From positions 14,198,001 through 14,262,000 of the forward strand of contig OX597821.1 in the NCBI GenBank assembly GCA_951406725.2: 64,000 nucleotides of DNA, in the 5' to 3' direction. Below the pieces are notes generated by a model, which ran no database searches, was not told the origin of the DNA, and saw only the letters and a list, made by a program, of their open reading frames with translations. The stretch's first letter is position 1, and the number at the start of each line of letters is the position of its first letter. Origin of the DNA: Octopus vulgaris. Lineage: Eukaryota. The position numbers and the translations under genes were made by a program. This document shows, one piece after another, positions 27,301 through 41,333 of this stretch.

Positions 27301-28004
27301 GATCCACTATCTGGTATATGTGTGTATGTATATATATATAAGATGTGAGTGATTGGACAAATTACAGAAAGGGCACTCAACACATTTATTAGTAATTACA
27401 TGTATTATTCAAGACAACTTGATTTGGATTCCATGGTACCTCAAGTTTCGCAGGCCCCTAATGGAACTTGTCTCCTCAGGCCTGTAGAATAGCCGAATGA
27501 ATGTAGAGGTACAGGAGGTCAAAAATGGCTACTGAGAGTTGGGCTGCAACTGATCAAGAGGGGTCACGTGATGTCACAGTAGATAATATCACTTGGTAGT
27601 ATATACATGATATACATATACATATGTACATATGCATATGTTTATAAATGTGTGTGTGTATATCTATATATATATATGTACGTATGTGCCTGCATGCACA
27701 CATGCACTCATATTTTCACATACATACATAAATAAACACACACACACACACACACAAAGAAGAGCACAAATGGAGTTTAAAATTTACTACAGCTGTTTCG
27801 GTAGAATTTTATTGATATATTCATAAATCCCATTTGTGTTCCGGAACCAATAATGAGTCAGATCTACAGTTTATATCAGATTTGGTACTTATTTACATAT
27901 ATACATTCCTGCAGTACACAACCAACACCTCAATGTTATGATACCTAGCCAATCCATGTATACTATGTGTCGACACACCTAGATTCTAATGAACTCTGTA
28001 ACTA

Positions 28005-28098
<94 letters not shown>

Positions 28099-28374
28099 AT
28101 ATGCAGTGTATGTATATGCATCTGGGTGTGCAATTACCTATTTGAGTATCCTATAGATAAAGGACAGCATATTCTAAAACTTTTTTCACATAAAAAGAAG
28201 GCATATTTTATTGACATACATACATACATATATACATACAGTTACACTCATATATGTTTATGTATACTGGAAAATACATTAGACACACATACATCCGAGA
28301 AAAAGGTCTTTCTTATGCTGACTTCAGAGAGAAACCAGCTATTCTTATTAGTAACAGTTTGGGAGCAAATGCAG

Positions 28375-28615
28375 ATAAAGATATGAAGGTCAGGAAAGCA
28401 GCTGGAGCATCAGAGATAAATGCTAAGATGATTAAAATGTGTGATGGAATTGAGTACACTGTAGTCACTTCCCCAGCAAATCAGGTCGGGCAGGAAGACA
28501 TAACAACCATCATCTGGTAAAACAGTATCTTTGTCAGATGACACAAGAACAAAAGGAGAGGCACTAGAAAGGGGCAATTACTGAAGCATTGTTAGACCAG
28601 ATAATGAAAGTTAGA
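28375..28615 (+). pseudogene. RTE-type LINE reverse transcriptase relic (N-terminal RT region)
   Basis: DMKVRKAAGASEINAKMIK resembles KMKxGKAAGPSGIxAEMLK; GEALERGNY..LDQIMKV resembles GDALECGNYRGIKLLEHAMKV. Confidence 0.7.
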
Positions 28616-29319
28616 TAAGGAGTTATCTACCAAAATCGATTATTTTGTCCTTTTGAAAAGGGAAGCGTATAACTTATTAGACAGGTGACGACCGTGTTGG
28701 ATAATGCCATCAGAATGTGGAACCGAACCTCTATGGAATACTCCGACTTCATTCCACCATTATTGAACCATTTTCTCTTATTATATTATTCTTGTTGGTT
28801 GATTTGAATATTCTGGATTATCGCCGTCAGAGTTCTCGTTTTTGGAATATAGGTTAGATCCGAAAACGTAACATTCGAACAAATAAACATAAGTAGGTGC
28901 TAATCGATAAGCAGAATTCTATTGTAGATGATTATTATTGTTTTTAATACTTTTGGCGCCGTCAATATCATCATCATCGTCACTGTCATCGACATTCGTC
29001 TCAGGCATCTCCCTCAACCTCGCCAGTGCAATAATCCCCACCATCGCAACCACCAGCACTTTCAACATCCTCATCATCATCATCTCTAACATTTCTCTTC
29101 TCGTTTTCATCTTCCACCTTATTATCATCTTCATTGCCATCCTCATTATCGATACGGACATCATTATCACCATCAATCACGATTATCTGCGCTTTCAATT
29201 GATTGGGAGAAAAATTAGACTACATGAAGAGCTATTTTGGATTTGTATGCATAAAAGGGATTATTGATACCATCTTTTTAGTAAGACAACAGAAGTACTT
29301 GGCTAAGAATAAGCACTCA

Positions 29320-29600
29320 TTAGTCTAGAGAAGGCTTTCAACTAGGGTTCCATACTCTGTAACCCAGTTATTACTAAGGAAGTAACAATATATGAATGGC
29401 CTTTCAGTGCTCTACAAACCACGTAAAGAGGCATAGTCAGCAAGATGAGAATCAACAATATGTTCAGTGACAAATTTGGTATATAGACAGTAGGATCATC
29501 AGATTCACTCCTCAAGTCCCACCTTTTCATTATTGTCCTGTAGGCATTGATAGAAGATTAGCTGTCTCTGAGAACTCCTATCGGCTGATTGCCTAGTCTT
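29320..29600 (+). pseudogene. RTE-type LINE RT relic (middle region)
   Basis: Frameshifted LEKAF-RVP, RINNMFSDKFG and HLFIIVL-AL resemble LEKAFDRVP...GVHQGSVLSPLLFIIVLEAL. Confidence 0.55.
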
Positions 29601-29601
29601 T

Positions 29602-29885
29602 ATTATTATTATTATTATTATTGTTCGACCGTGGTCGAGACTAAATTCCATAGTCTTTTCAAATGGCTAATAATGTGTGCGCGCGCCACTACTATACACA
29701 TTGGAAAGCATTGTACAACCAAGTACTAAAGAAGGTCTTTCCTCTTCCATGAAACAAAGCTGTTCCCGCTGGACGTCAACCCAGTATTTCTAAGCTACGG
29801 ACCAAGTGATTTATTGTAAGGTTATCTCCCTAGATAGATTGCCTTCACTACGGCTAAGGAGCCCTTTCTACCCCATAGTCCTTAT
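29602..29885 (-). mobile_element. Probable retroposon fragment with a (TAA)n tail, inserted into the RTE relic
   Basis: (tta)n at 29601-29621 followed by CpG-containing sequence that separates two colinear RT fragments. Confidence 0.4.
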
Positions 29886-29914
29886 AGTCAAAGCTATTCA
29901 AGATTTAAAAAATG

Positions 29915-30020
29915 AATTATTGATCTGGTAGCAAAACCTGAGATCAATGGGCTTCAATGTTAACTTAAAGAAGACTAAAGTTTCAATAGGGCAAAGAAAA
30001 ATTAAAATACAGAGCCCTTC
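29915..30020 (+). pseudogene. RTE-type LINE RT relic (C-terminal RT region)
   Basis: W*QNLRSMGFNVNLKKTKVSIG resembles WKxxLESKGLRVNxxKTKVM. Confidence 0.6.
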
Positions 30021-31159
30021 TGTCATCTGAGGAATTTTAAGGGCAAATAGGCTAAAAGCATAAATTATGCTCCTTCTTGAATTTGTCTGAACTGTGACCA
30101 ACTGTGCTTTCATTACAGTTGACTCATCGTCTCTGTAAACATCAAAATCTATTGTAAAATTCTTAGTAAGCATATCTAAGATATATAATTCTGTAAGTAA
30201 GCTTAATCATATAAGTGTTCACCATAGAAAATAGTCTAATACTGGAACATATAAGCCCTTGACAGAAAAAGAAATTGCATATATCTATGCAATTGATACA
30301 CACCATGTATCATTCCATACTTACACTTGTCAGGAAAGATATTTTGAGGAAAGTAGAATCCTTGTTAAAAAGTAGATTTTATTTTCATATTGCTATCATC
30401 TAATGCATTGCAGTTCTTATCAAATTCTAGGATGCTTCATAGTAAGGTTTGAAATATAGTTGAATGAATTTCAAAAATGTAAAGTTAAATAAATATATGT
30501 GTGCTTATTAATGATACTCTTGAACCAGTAGTAGATCTTCAAAATGCATATTTAAAAAAATATTTACAAGTATGTGAAAGATCTAAAAAGTGCTTATCTT
30601 AAAACTTTTGAAAATCTGGTATTTTAGTTTGCATTGTTTCACACACACACAAACACACACACACACATGCACTGACATACATACACACACACATATATAT
30701 ATATATACATTTATATATGTGCAGGTGTAACAGATATATATATATAAACACACACACATATATATTTATACATAGATATATGCATATACACAAACATATA
30801 TGTATATATGTATGAATATATGTATGTATTCAAACATACAAATGTACATCATTATCAGAATGTACCATACTCTAACAAAACATTGGTAACAAGTTATGTC
30901 CACTGTGATAGAGGGGAAGTGCTTGTCTTGGAGAAAAGACTAGAGTGAAATTTTTCTTGCCATACTATTCTCACAGAGAAGTGCAGGTGATTCTGACAGT
31001 GACTAAAAAATAGAGAGGAATCAACAAGCTTTGCCTCCACTCTTCACATGTTCTCACACATGAAGATTGGTTCTTATATTTTAAGCTTTTACTCACTGCG
31101 GCTAACTAAGCTTTTACCCACAAGTGACTCTTAATAATATTAACTGAAGCTCACCAGGC

Positions 31160-32645
31160 ACTGAGCTGGCAGGATCATATTATCACACAGGACAAATGCT
31201 TAGAGGTATTTTTTCTAACTTTATGTTCTGAGTTCAAATGCCACTGGGGTAGACTTTGCCTTTCATCCTTCTGAAGTTGATAAAGTGCACCAACTGTGCA
31301 CTAGAGCAAGTAATTGACATGCCCCTCCTTGAAATTGTTGGTCTTGTGCCAAAATTCAAAACCAGTATTATCTGAGGTTCTAGATTACTCTTACCTTAAA
31401 TTATTACAATGATTCAATAAACTCTCTTTAAAACATTTAGAAAATATTTTAGAAATATTTCAAAGCCCTTTTTAGAGTAATATCTAAATGTACTCACTTT
31501 CACTTCGATTTAATCCACCCTTTCAACTATCATTCTCTAACTCTCAATATTTTTTATTTATCTCTCCACTAATTCTATCATTATTCTAACTTCCAAAATA
31601 GATTTTTAAACTGACTTTCTTTACCTTTAATTATATAATTATTTAATTGTCTGCAATTCACTAGAACTCTACTGGAATAACCTCTATCATATTATTTTTA
31701 ATTTACGTGTTAATTTCTTCACTGTTTAATTACTTCAAAACATTACTCCCTTTAGCTAAGAATGTAACTTTTTTTATTATACTTCTCTAAGCAGCCTTTC
31801 TTTTGTCCTTACATTCTGAGTTCAAATTCCACCAAGATCAATTTTGCCCTTCATTTTTCTGAGTCAACCACTGGGGGTCAATGTTAACGGCTAGACCACT
31901 TCCTCAAAATTTCAGGCCTTATGTCTATAATAGAAAGGGTTATCATTGTTATTTTTACTTTTATTTTCATTAAGGTGGTGAGCTGGCAGAACTGATAGCA
32001 TGACAGACAAAATACTTAGAAGCATTTTGTCTGTCTCTATGTTCTGAGTTCAAATTCCACCAAGACCAACTTTGCCTTTTGCTCTTTTGGGGTGTGTAAA
32101 ATAAGTACCAGTTGTGCACTAGAATTAATGTAGCCAACTAAACCCTCTCTCAAAATTGTTGGCCTTTTGCCAAAATTTGAAACTGTTATTATTATTATTA
32201 TTATTATTATGGATCAAGGCAGTGAGCTGGCAGAATTGTTAGAATGCTGGACAAAATGCTTAACAGTATTTCACTTGTTGTTACGTTCTGAGTTCTAATT
32301 CTGCAGAGGTTGACTTTGCCTTTCATCCTTTCAGGGTTAATAAATTAAGTACCAGTGAAACACTGGAGGTTGATGCAATTGATGAGTTCCCCACCCAAAT
32401 TTCAGGCTTTGTGCCTTTAGTAAAAAGGATTATTTTTATTATGGATGATGTGCAATCAGAATTGTTAAAACATCAAAACAAATCATCATGTGGTATTTCT
32501 TTCAGAACTTTCATATCCTGAGTTCAAATCCAACTGCGATTAATTTTGCCTTTCAGTTCAACAGGATCAAAAAAATAAAGTACCAGTTAAGTACTTGGGT
32601 TGAGGGCATCAACTAACTCACTCCCCTCAAAATTGCTAGCACAGT
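31160..32645 (+). mobile_element. Cluster of about five degenerate SINE family C copies in the same orientation
   Basis: gagctggcaga / ctgagttcaaat / tttgcctttcatcc motifs recur near 31163, 31815, 31980, 32223 and 32518. Confidence 0.7.
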
Positions 32646-33227
32646 ACACATGTGTAGCAGGAGCAGACCCAAGGAGGGTGAGGGGGCATGTGCTCTCCTC
32701 AAGAAAAGTGCCCTCTTCTAAATAATGTTATTATGCCCTTTACTGCAGGAATTATATTCTCTTCTGACCTTGTGCCCTCCCTTTGAAGCATTTCTGGAAT
32801 TGTGCCTGTGTAGTGTATGCAAGTGTGTGTCTGTGCAGCATGTGTGTTCCTATTGATGATTGCATGTGTGTGTATGCGTACGTGTGTGTGTGTGTGTATG
32901 CACGCATGTGTTTGTTTGTTTGTATGTAGCATTTTCATTTTAGTTGCATGAGACCATAAGAGCTAAAATTAGTGTTGTTTTTATAGTTTATATTCCTGAT
33001 GAACATTGTACCTGCAACCCGTCTTCTTCAAAGTTTAGTGAATTAAAAAATATATCCCTTATTTATAAAACCTGCAAAAGTTAGTCACAAGAGAGACATT
33101 CATCCACAAAAAATTTCTTATATAAATATATATCCAATTAATGCTAGTATTCATTAAAAGTAGAAAAATGAGTGTAGAATGAACAAATGATATAGATAAC
33201 CTCACACATACACACACTCAGATAATA

Positions 33228-33636
33228 TGAGTGGCTGTGTGGTAAGTAGCTTGTTTACCAACCACATGGTTCCAGGTTCAGTCCCACTGTGTGGCATCTT
33301 GGGCAAGTGTCTTCTGCTATAGTCCCGGGCTGACCAAAGCCTTGTGAGTGGATTTGGTAGACGGAAACTGAAAGAAGCCTGTCGTATATATGTATATATA
33401 TATATGTATGTGCGTGTATGCTTGTGTGTCTGTGTTTGTCCCCCTAGCATTGCGTGACAACCGATGCTGGTGTGTTTATGTCCCCGTCACTTAGCAGTTC
33501 GGCAAAAGAGACCGATAGAATAAGTACTGGGCTTACAAAGAATAAGTCCTGGGGTCGAGTTGCTCGATTAAAGGCGGTGCTCCAGCATGGCCACAGTCAA
33601 AATGACTGAAACAAGTAAAAGGAGATAGAAAAGAGA
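33228..33636 (+). mobile_element. SINE family A
   Basis: gagtggctgtgtggtaag ... gactgaaacaagtaaaa. Confidence 0.9.
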
Positions 33637-33682
33637 ATACAAAGATTTATAATCCTCCACCTATACAGACAGACAGACAACA

Positions 33683-33731
<49 letters not shown>

Positions 33732-33964
33732 TCACAATGTGTATGTATACAGAAAGTGAGAGAATGAGAGGGAGGTCTTGGATTACAGCTGCTTGAGTTT
33801 TTGCTTTCATTGTGTTTCCACAATTACATTGTACTAAAACAAGGCATGACATACAGACACTAATTCTGTGAACTCACTTTTACAGAAATATGATGGATAA
33901 GTACTGCTTTACTCCATCCACAAGGAGAGAGAACACGAACTCATTAACAATTACTTTGTTAGTA

Positions 33965-34290
33965 TAAACACCCCCTACAGTCATGAATGAACATGGGATT
34001 GCACCTAGAATGTTACCCTCCGAGACACAACTCTGGGCAGGGTTGTTTATGGAAGACCAGCAGTTACCCATGCATACCACCCTCCCCTCTTCACACCACT
34101 GATGTTATCCAAAGGAAAGCAAAGTCTGATACAGCATTGCACCAGTGACATTGCAACTCGTTTCTACAGCTGAGTGAACTGGAGCAACGTCAAAACAAAG
34201 TATCTTGCTCAAGAACACAACACAGCCCAAATTCAAGCTCACTACTTCATGACTGTGAGCCCAACTTTCTAACTTCTGAGCTATGCACAT
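33965..34290 (-). mobile_element. SINE family D
   Basis: Homologous to 43955-44295. Confidence 0.8.
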
Positions 34291-34675
34291 TCTACTTTGT
34301 TAGTATAGAGATGAAAAGCAAGATGAAGCATCTCGATTTCTCAGCCTCACCCTAGACATTTCAGTTGTCTCACTCGACCTTAGGACAACAAAAAAATTCT
34401 TGTTCCAGTTTCTGCCACAAGTAATGATTGCTGTGGAATTGTCCAATCTATAGTAAATGAAAATATGAAGAGCTATTCTCACCACCTCATGAATATGTTA
34501 AGCAATAAAAACTGATATTGTAATGAAATGTGCCTATACCTATATACACAGACATAGACACACAAACACAGGCAGACACACATACACACATATATGTACA
34601 CTCACACAAATGTGTATGTATGATGTACAAGTTCATGTACATCATGAACTTATAATATATAATATATACATTTTC

Positions 34676-34780
<105 letters not shown>

Positions 34781-34917
34781 TGTAGTATTAATCAAAGTTT
34801 AACCGATACTTAGTAGCAAAATCACAGCAGTAAACACACGGTTGGAGGTACAACCATATGGTCAATAAAGTGTTCAATCTGCGTTCCTCATTTCTTCAAT
34901 TCACCAATAATGGGTGC

Positions 34918-35092
34918 GCATGTAAAAAGCACCCACTACACTCACGGAGTGGTTGGCGTTAGGAAGGGCATCCAGCCGTAGAAACACTGCCAGATCTGAC
35001 TGGGCCTGATGAAGCCTTCCAGCTTCACAGACCCCAGTTGAGCGTCCAACCCATGCTAGCATGGAGAACGGACGCTAAATGATGATGATGAT
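34918..35092 (+). mobile_element. SINE family E, 3' part with (GAT)n tail
   Basis: aaaagcacccactacactc-cggagtggttggcgttaggaagggcatccagc ... ccaacccatgctagcatgga ... gatgatgatg. Confidence 0.8.
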
Positions 35093-35263
35093 ATGTATAT
35101 ATATATTTATATATGAATGAGAAATGGATGAAATTGACTTACAGATGTTATTTACTTAAAGACATTCAAATTCATGAAGAGAAATTCCTGCCTACAGATT
35201 TTATCCATTTTCTTCATTTTCTTATTCATACATACAACATACATACATATATATATATTTATG

Positions 35264-35306
<43 letters not shown>

Positions 35307-35435
35307 GCATATATATATCATCTTGCTCAAGAACACAGCAAATAGCCCAAAATCAGATTCACTACCTCATGATTGTGAACCCAGCACATTAACCACTGAG
35401 CCATACTATATCTATATCTATATATCTATATATAT

Positions 35436-35530
35436 ATAGAATGGTTGTATACTGTCAATCTAACAAGAACGTGACAGTGTACCCCCTACTGTCACGTTCT
35501 TGTTAGATTGACAGTATACAACCATTCTAT
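35436..35530. repeat. Perfect inverted repeat with 43-bp arms and a 9-nt spacer
   Basis: 35436-35478 is the reverse complement of 35488-35530; spacer gtaccccct. Confidence 0.95.
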
Positions 35531-36070
35531 CGCCCCACCACCGTACATCTCTCTACGAGAGATTTAGAAATTCAATATTTCTTATATATATATATGCATA
35601 TAGATAAGAAACACTTTAAAAATAATGGTCATTACATATAATTCCTTTATTAGAACAAATTTGGTTTCCAGCAGTCATTATATGTACATTACTGATAGGC
35701 CTACTCAATTGGTCTATTGATCAATTGAGGAAATTGAATGACCCTAGAAAATTAATGCTACTTTTGTCAGAGCCATTTCTGGAATTTACATGTAATGACC
35801 ATTATTTTTAACTTGTTTCTTATATATGACTCTGCAAAAACCAGTTTATCTGGGGCCCATTCATAGATTTACAATATAGAATTGTGATGAACCATAACTT
35901 GGAACCCTACCAAAAAGATTACTTGGAGTTCTTCACTAATTCAACGAATATTGTTAGCCTGATGTCGCCAACAGAGAGCTTATGAAGTACTTCGCCTAGA
36001 TAGATGATACCCCACTATTTGTTCTATATATATATATGTATACATGTATATGTATATATATATATATATA

Positions 36071-36503
36071 TCATCATCGTTTAATGTCCGTTTTCCGCGC
36101 TAGCACGGGTTGGACGGTTCGACCGGGGTCTGGGAAGCCAGGGGCTGCACCAGGCTCTAGTCTGATCTGGCAGAGTTTCTACAGCTGGATGTCCTTCCTA
36201 ACGCCAACCACTTCGAGAGTGTAGTGGGTGCTTTTTACGTGCCACCTGCACAGGTGCCAGGGGAGTCTGGCATCGGCCACAATCGGTTGGTGCTTTTAAT
36301 GTGCCACCGGCACTGGAGCCAGTCGAGGCGGCACTGGCATCGGCCACGTTCGGATGGTGCTTTTAATGTGCCACCGGCACTGGAGCCAGTCGGGGCAGTG
36401 CTGGCATCAGCCATGTTCGGATGGTGCATTTTATGTGCCACCGGAACAGAAGCCAGTCGAGGTGGCGCTGGCAACGGCCACATTCGGATGGTGCATTTTA
36501 TGT
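36071..36503 (-). mobile_element. SINE family E with an internal GC-rich 62-67-bp tandem repeat
   Basis: catcatcgtttaatgtccg tail; units beginning ggtgc-tttt-a-gtg at 36227, 36289, 36356, 36423 and 36490. Confidence 0.85.
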
Positions 36504-37154
36504 GATATATATATATATATATATATATAGCTTCTGTACAGTTTCTCTCAATTTATTTCAACTCACAACATATTGCTCAAGTTGAATCTTTTGTATAGTA
36601 CACTTTCTCAATTTGCCATCCAGTAAGGTTGAACCCAGAACCAATTTGTTTTGTAGCAAACAGCCATATACTTGTGAATTTAGGGCATCATAAGAGTTTA
36701 TTGGTATTGGTATTTCTTTTTTTCATGTGCATTTTCAATAAAGTAACAACACATTCAAAGGATTTATTGAACTCTTCTGATACCAATCTATCTGAGACAG
36801 CTCCAAGTACTATGATATAAAAGTTCTAACATTAAAGTTTTCATATGTAAACTATAATCGTCAATCATAATCTCATTTAAGAACCTTTTATTATGTTCCA
36901 AACACCATCATATTTAAAAAAAAAAAGTAAATTGCTTTACCAAATTCCAGGAAGATTTGTGATAAGTTGCAAAATGAAATGAAATGCAAAGCAGTGTGTA
37001 TTATTAGAAATACAGTTATGAAATGGTTAGAATAAAGTGTGCTGCTATTTGAGTAAGTTTAACTTCAAACCATCAGAAATTGGGCAAAGGTTAAAGTTTA
37101 ATATGCTGCAAACATTTTCAAACAAAACCTTTTATTCAGCAAAATATATTTTGA

Positions 37155-37322
<168 letters not shown>

Positions 37323-38295
37323 TCAATAAACATGTAACACGCATCTCTTTTCAATTGATGTTTAATTTATATGGAAATAAGAATCATATATTTAATTTTA
37401 TCAATAATGAATTCAGTATGTATTACTTAAGATAAAATAATATCCTGATATCGATAGGTCTTATATATTGAAAGTAAGATAACAATTATTTCTCTTGTAT
37501 GTTGCTAAATTAAGAAATGTTACTGCAGACAGGGCCTGTAATTTTATGAGAGACATTTTTAACTGCATTGTTGAGATAAAATACAAATTAATTGTAAGTT
37601 AACTTAGAGAAAAAATATGTACTTGTAAAGAGGAGTAAAAAGCTCATGCAGGAGAGACAGAGAGAGAAGAGTAAGAGAAAAAGACACTCACATATATTTA
37701 TATATACATACATTTATATATGTGTGTGTGTGTGTGTATGTATACATACACATATAAACACACACACACACACATATATATATATACATATATGGAGAAA
37801 AGAGGAGAGTGAAAGAAAGAGAGAGAGACAAAGACAGAGAGTAGCAAATGATAAGTAATATTTTCTCAGCAGAATTATAAAAGTGCTTCTTTTGCTTGAA
37901 GAAAAGGTAATGTAATAATATTTATTATTTAGCAGTTCCAAGTAAATCTAAATTCGTGCAACTGAAATATATTCTTTAAGTCCATATATTTATGAGACTA
38001 TCCATCATTCATATTATAAGTCCTAAAGTAGAGAAGTTGGTAAAAAAAAAACAAAAAAAACAAAACTTGCAATCTGCAATTTGGTTTTTGTGCCGGTCAA
38101 GAGCTACGGTCAAGAGTGTTGTGTAGTAACAGAAAGAAAATAATTTCAAATGCAAGCATCCAAAATGTGGGTTCCTATGAAGGATGTCTGAAGAAATGTT
38201 GCTCAGCAGGGTACATAACTAGAAGATCAGGGAGTCTCTCCAGGTTTAGAACCTACTTCTTGACATCGTGAGATAACGGCTCTGGTAGTTATGAC

Positions 38296-38672
38296 ATCAT
38301 CATCATCATCGTTTAGCGTCCGCTTTCCATGCTAGCATGGGTTGGACGGTTCAACTGGGGTCTGGGAAGCCAGAAGGATGCACCAGGCTCCAGTCTGATC
38401 TGGCAGTGTTTCTACGGCTGGATGCCCTTCCTAACGCCAACCACTCCATGAGTGTAGTGGGTGCTTTTTATGTGCCACTGGCACGGGGGCCAGGCGAGGC
38501 TGGCAAACGGCCACGAACGGATGGTGCTTTTTACGTGCCACCAGCACAGGGGCCAGGCGAGGCTGGCAAACGGCCACGATCGGATGGTGCTTTTTATGTG
38601 CCACCAGCACAGGGGCAAGGCGAGGCTGACAACGGCCATGATCGGATGGTGCTTTTTACGTGCCACCGGCAC
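38296..38672 (-). mobile_element. SINE family E with an internal ~63-bp tandem repeat
   Basis: Units at 38460, 38523, 38586 and 38648. Confidence 0.85.
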
Positions 38673-39467
38673 ATTGCAAGAAAGAATCACAAGAGAGATT
38701 CTTCAAGCCAAGCAACTGGCAGGAGACTAAGGGGTAGATCAAGAATGAGAAAGTTCATATCCATAGTCTCAGTCAGTCATAATTGGAAATTCAGCTGGAC
38801 AGTATAATGATGGTTGCATCTGATAAGACCCTATGGAGATGGTAGCTAAGTAATCTATCCTCATGACCCTCCCAGGAACAGTGGGTAGAGAAGATGGATG
38901 GAGATGGATTGAGGGAGAATGTTTTCAGCAGTAAATATTAATTTTATACCTGAATTTCGTGTTGTTTTTTTTTATAGCTTTTTCAGAGGAGGAAGAATGG
39001 CCGTGCCATTGACATTTTCCCCATGGTTTTTGAGAGATTAGTGGGAAAAAGTAATCTTCTGATCTTGGACATGGCCTGCATGCTTACAATAAAGCATGAT
39101 CTTCAAAATATGTTCTTCAAAACAAACTCAAGGACAAGGTGCTGGTCATAAAGTAGGTGGCAGTTTGGCATAAAGTAGGTCTCCCAACCAAGAAAAGAAT
39201 GACCCCACTGACTGCAGGCTTCTACACAGTTTTGGTCAATTAAATTCCACCCACATGGCTTTGATCAATCTAAGACTATGATAAAAGACATTACTTAAGG
39301 TTTCATAGCTATTGAATAAATTTCTTAACTACACAGCCATACTTATGTCTCATTCAGGAAACATTTTGGTTATGTAAATACTCAAAAGGAATATGAACAA
39401 ATGCATATTAAGTCTGCATTGCTAAATTTTCTATGTCATATACTCTTTTAAAAAAAATTTTTTTTTT

Positions 39468-39632
39468 ACTCTTTTTACTTGTTTCAGTCATTTGACTGCG
39501 GCCATGCTGGAGCACCGCCTTTAGTCATTCTATCGGTCTCTTTTGCCGAACCACTAAGTGACGGGGATGTAAACACACCAGCATCTATTGTCAAGCGATG
39601 TTGGGAGGACAAATACTGACACACAAACACGC

Positions 39633-39681
<49 letters not shown>

Positions 39682-39842
39682 ACAGGCTTCTTTCAGTTTC
39701 CATCTACCAAATCCACTCACAAGGCATTGGTCGGCCCAAGGCTATAGCAGAAGACACTTGCCCAAGATGCCACGCAGTGGGACTGAACCCGGAACCATGT
39801 GGCTGGTAAGCAAGCTACTTACCACACAGCCACTTCTGCACC
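39468..39842 (-). mobile_element. SINE family A with an internal deletion
   Basis: tttagtc|attctatcgg lacks the ~45 bp present in other copies. Confidence 0.88.
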
Positions 39843-41333
39843 TACCTTAAAATAGTTAGAACAGATGGTTAGTATTCCTTTGCTTTTAAAACATAACATA
39901 GAACTTGAAGGATCTAAGCAAGCCAAGTTGGAAAGAGATAATGCATTTGTTGAAAAGTAAAACAAACTAATGAACACCAAAAATGCTGCATTGATATATT
40001 ACAAAAGAGACTATTTAGCTGAAAATAAATACCAGCTATGTGCTGGTATAGCCATATCATCCTCCAGCTATCATGCTCTGGCTGTTTTGCTAGGATCAAA
40101 GATGGGAAGGCTACGAAGGTGTTTATGGCAGCTTGCAACTATACAGGTACTTAAAACAATTAGTGAAAGCATTATATATGCTACCAAATCATACTTAGTA
40201 ATAATGTCAATTGACAGTTGTGGGGTTTTGCAAAAGGTTTATATAATATGGTAGCCTCTTAACATAATTTTCGGCCTCAAAGTTGTTAATGAAATATCAT
40301 GTGAACTGGACAAAAGCAAATCTAATAATGTCTTCATTCAATATAAGCAGGAGATAAGTAGCAAATAATTGTAGCAAATAATTATTTTAATTACTATACT
40401 CATGTATTAAATTAAGACATTATTGCAATTACCTTTGAATAATTATGTACACTGTATGCATTCTGGTTTTAGAATGGATGCATCATATTTATCTGCATAT
40501 AAGAGAGAGCTAAAAGTTGGCAACAGCAAGAACAGCTGTTTCAGATTGGGAACAATGCAAGAATATGAATGAACTGTCATAGGATCCTCAAGGCTAAGTG
40601 GCACTTTATCAGGGAAAATGTCTGCTTTATTAGTAATTGTTGCAATTATTTGAATTAGCTAAAGAGTTTCTTTAATGAACTCAAAGAGCAAAATTAAATA
40701 TAATACTCAATGTTATGAATGCCAGAGTAATTCAAGTTTGGATGGTAGTTTTTAGATCTCTCATTAAATATTTGGAAATATGATTGGTAAGGAAGAGGGT
40801 TTAACTTCGGCCATTGAATAAGTAAATTGAGCCAACTTGAGTGGAATGTTAGACATCAACCTAATTGCATAAAAATATGACCTAACATCTTAGAAATTTA
40901 ATTATGTGTGCAAACAAATTTAACCGATTAAAACCAAAACAAAAACACACACAAAAAAAAAAAACACATTGCATATTCTAGTCACAATATTTCAATACAC
41001 AAAGCATGCATTTCATACTATTATTAGTATGTTAATATTTAAAAAGAACCAGCTTTAATTTCCCTCATTTTAAGCATTTGTATTCACTGAAATCATTTTA
41101 GAGTTTTATTACATGCTAAAGTCAATCAAGTGAATAGTATAATTGAACACAAGTAAGTTTTTAATTATTATCATGTTTTTGAAAATTCATTGCTAAAGTC
41201 ATTAATTTCAATAACAAACCAGCATCTAAGCATCAGTGAACATTTTTTTAAAGAGTAACACATTGCAGCTATCCATGCATATTTCTAATATTTTACATTG
41301 TCTTGTGTAAGCCTTAAAATAAGCTGTTTGAAG

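Noticed and set aside
28919-29267. Acidic or hydrophobic ORFs (DDDED-rich, IIII-rich)
   Set aside because: Degenerate (CAT)n low-complexity sequence with no splice or homology support.
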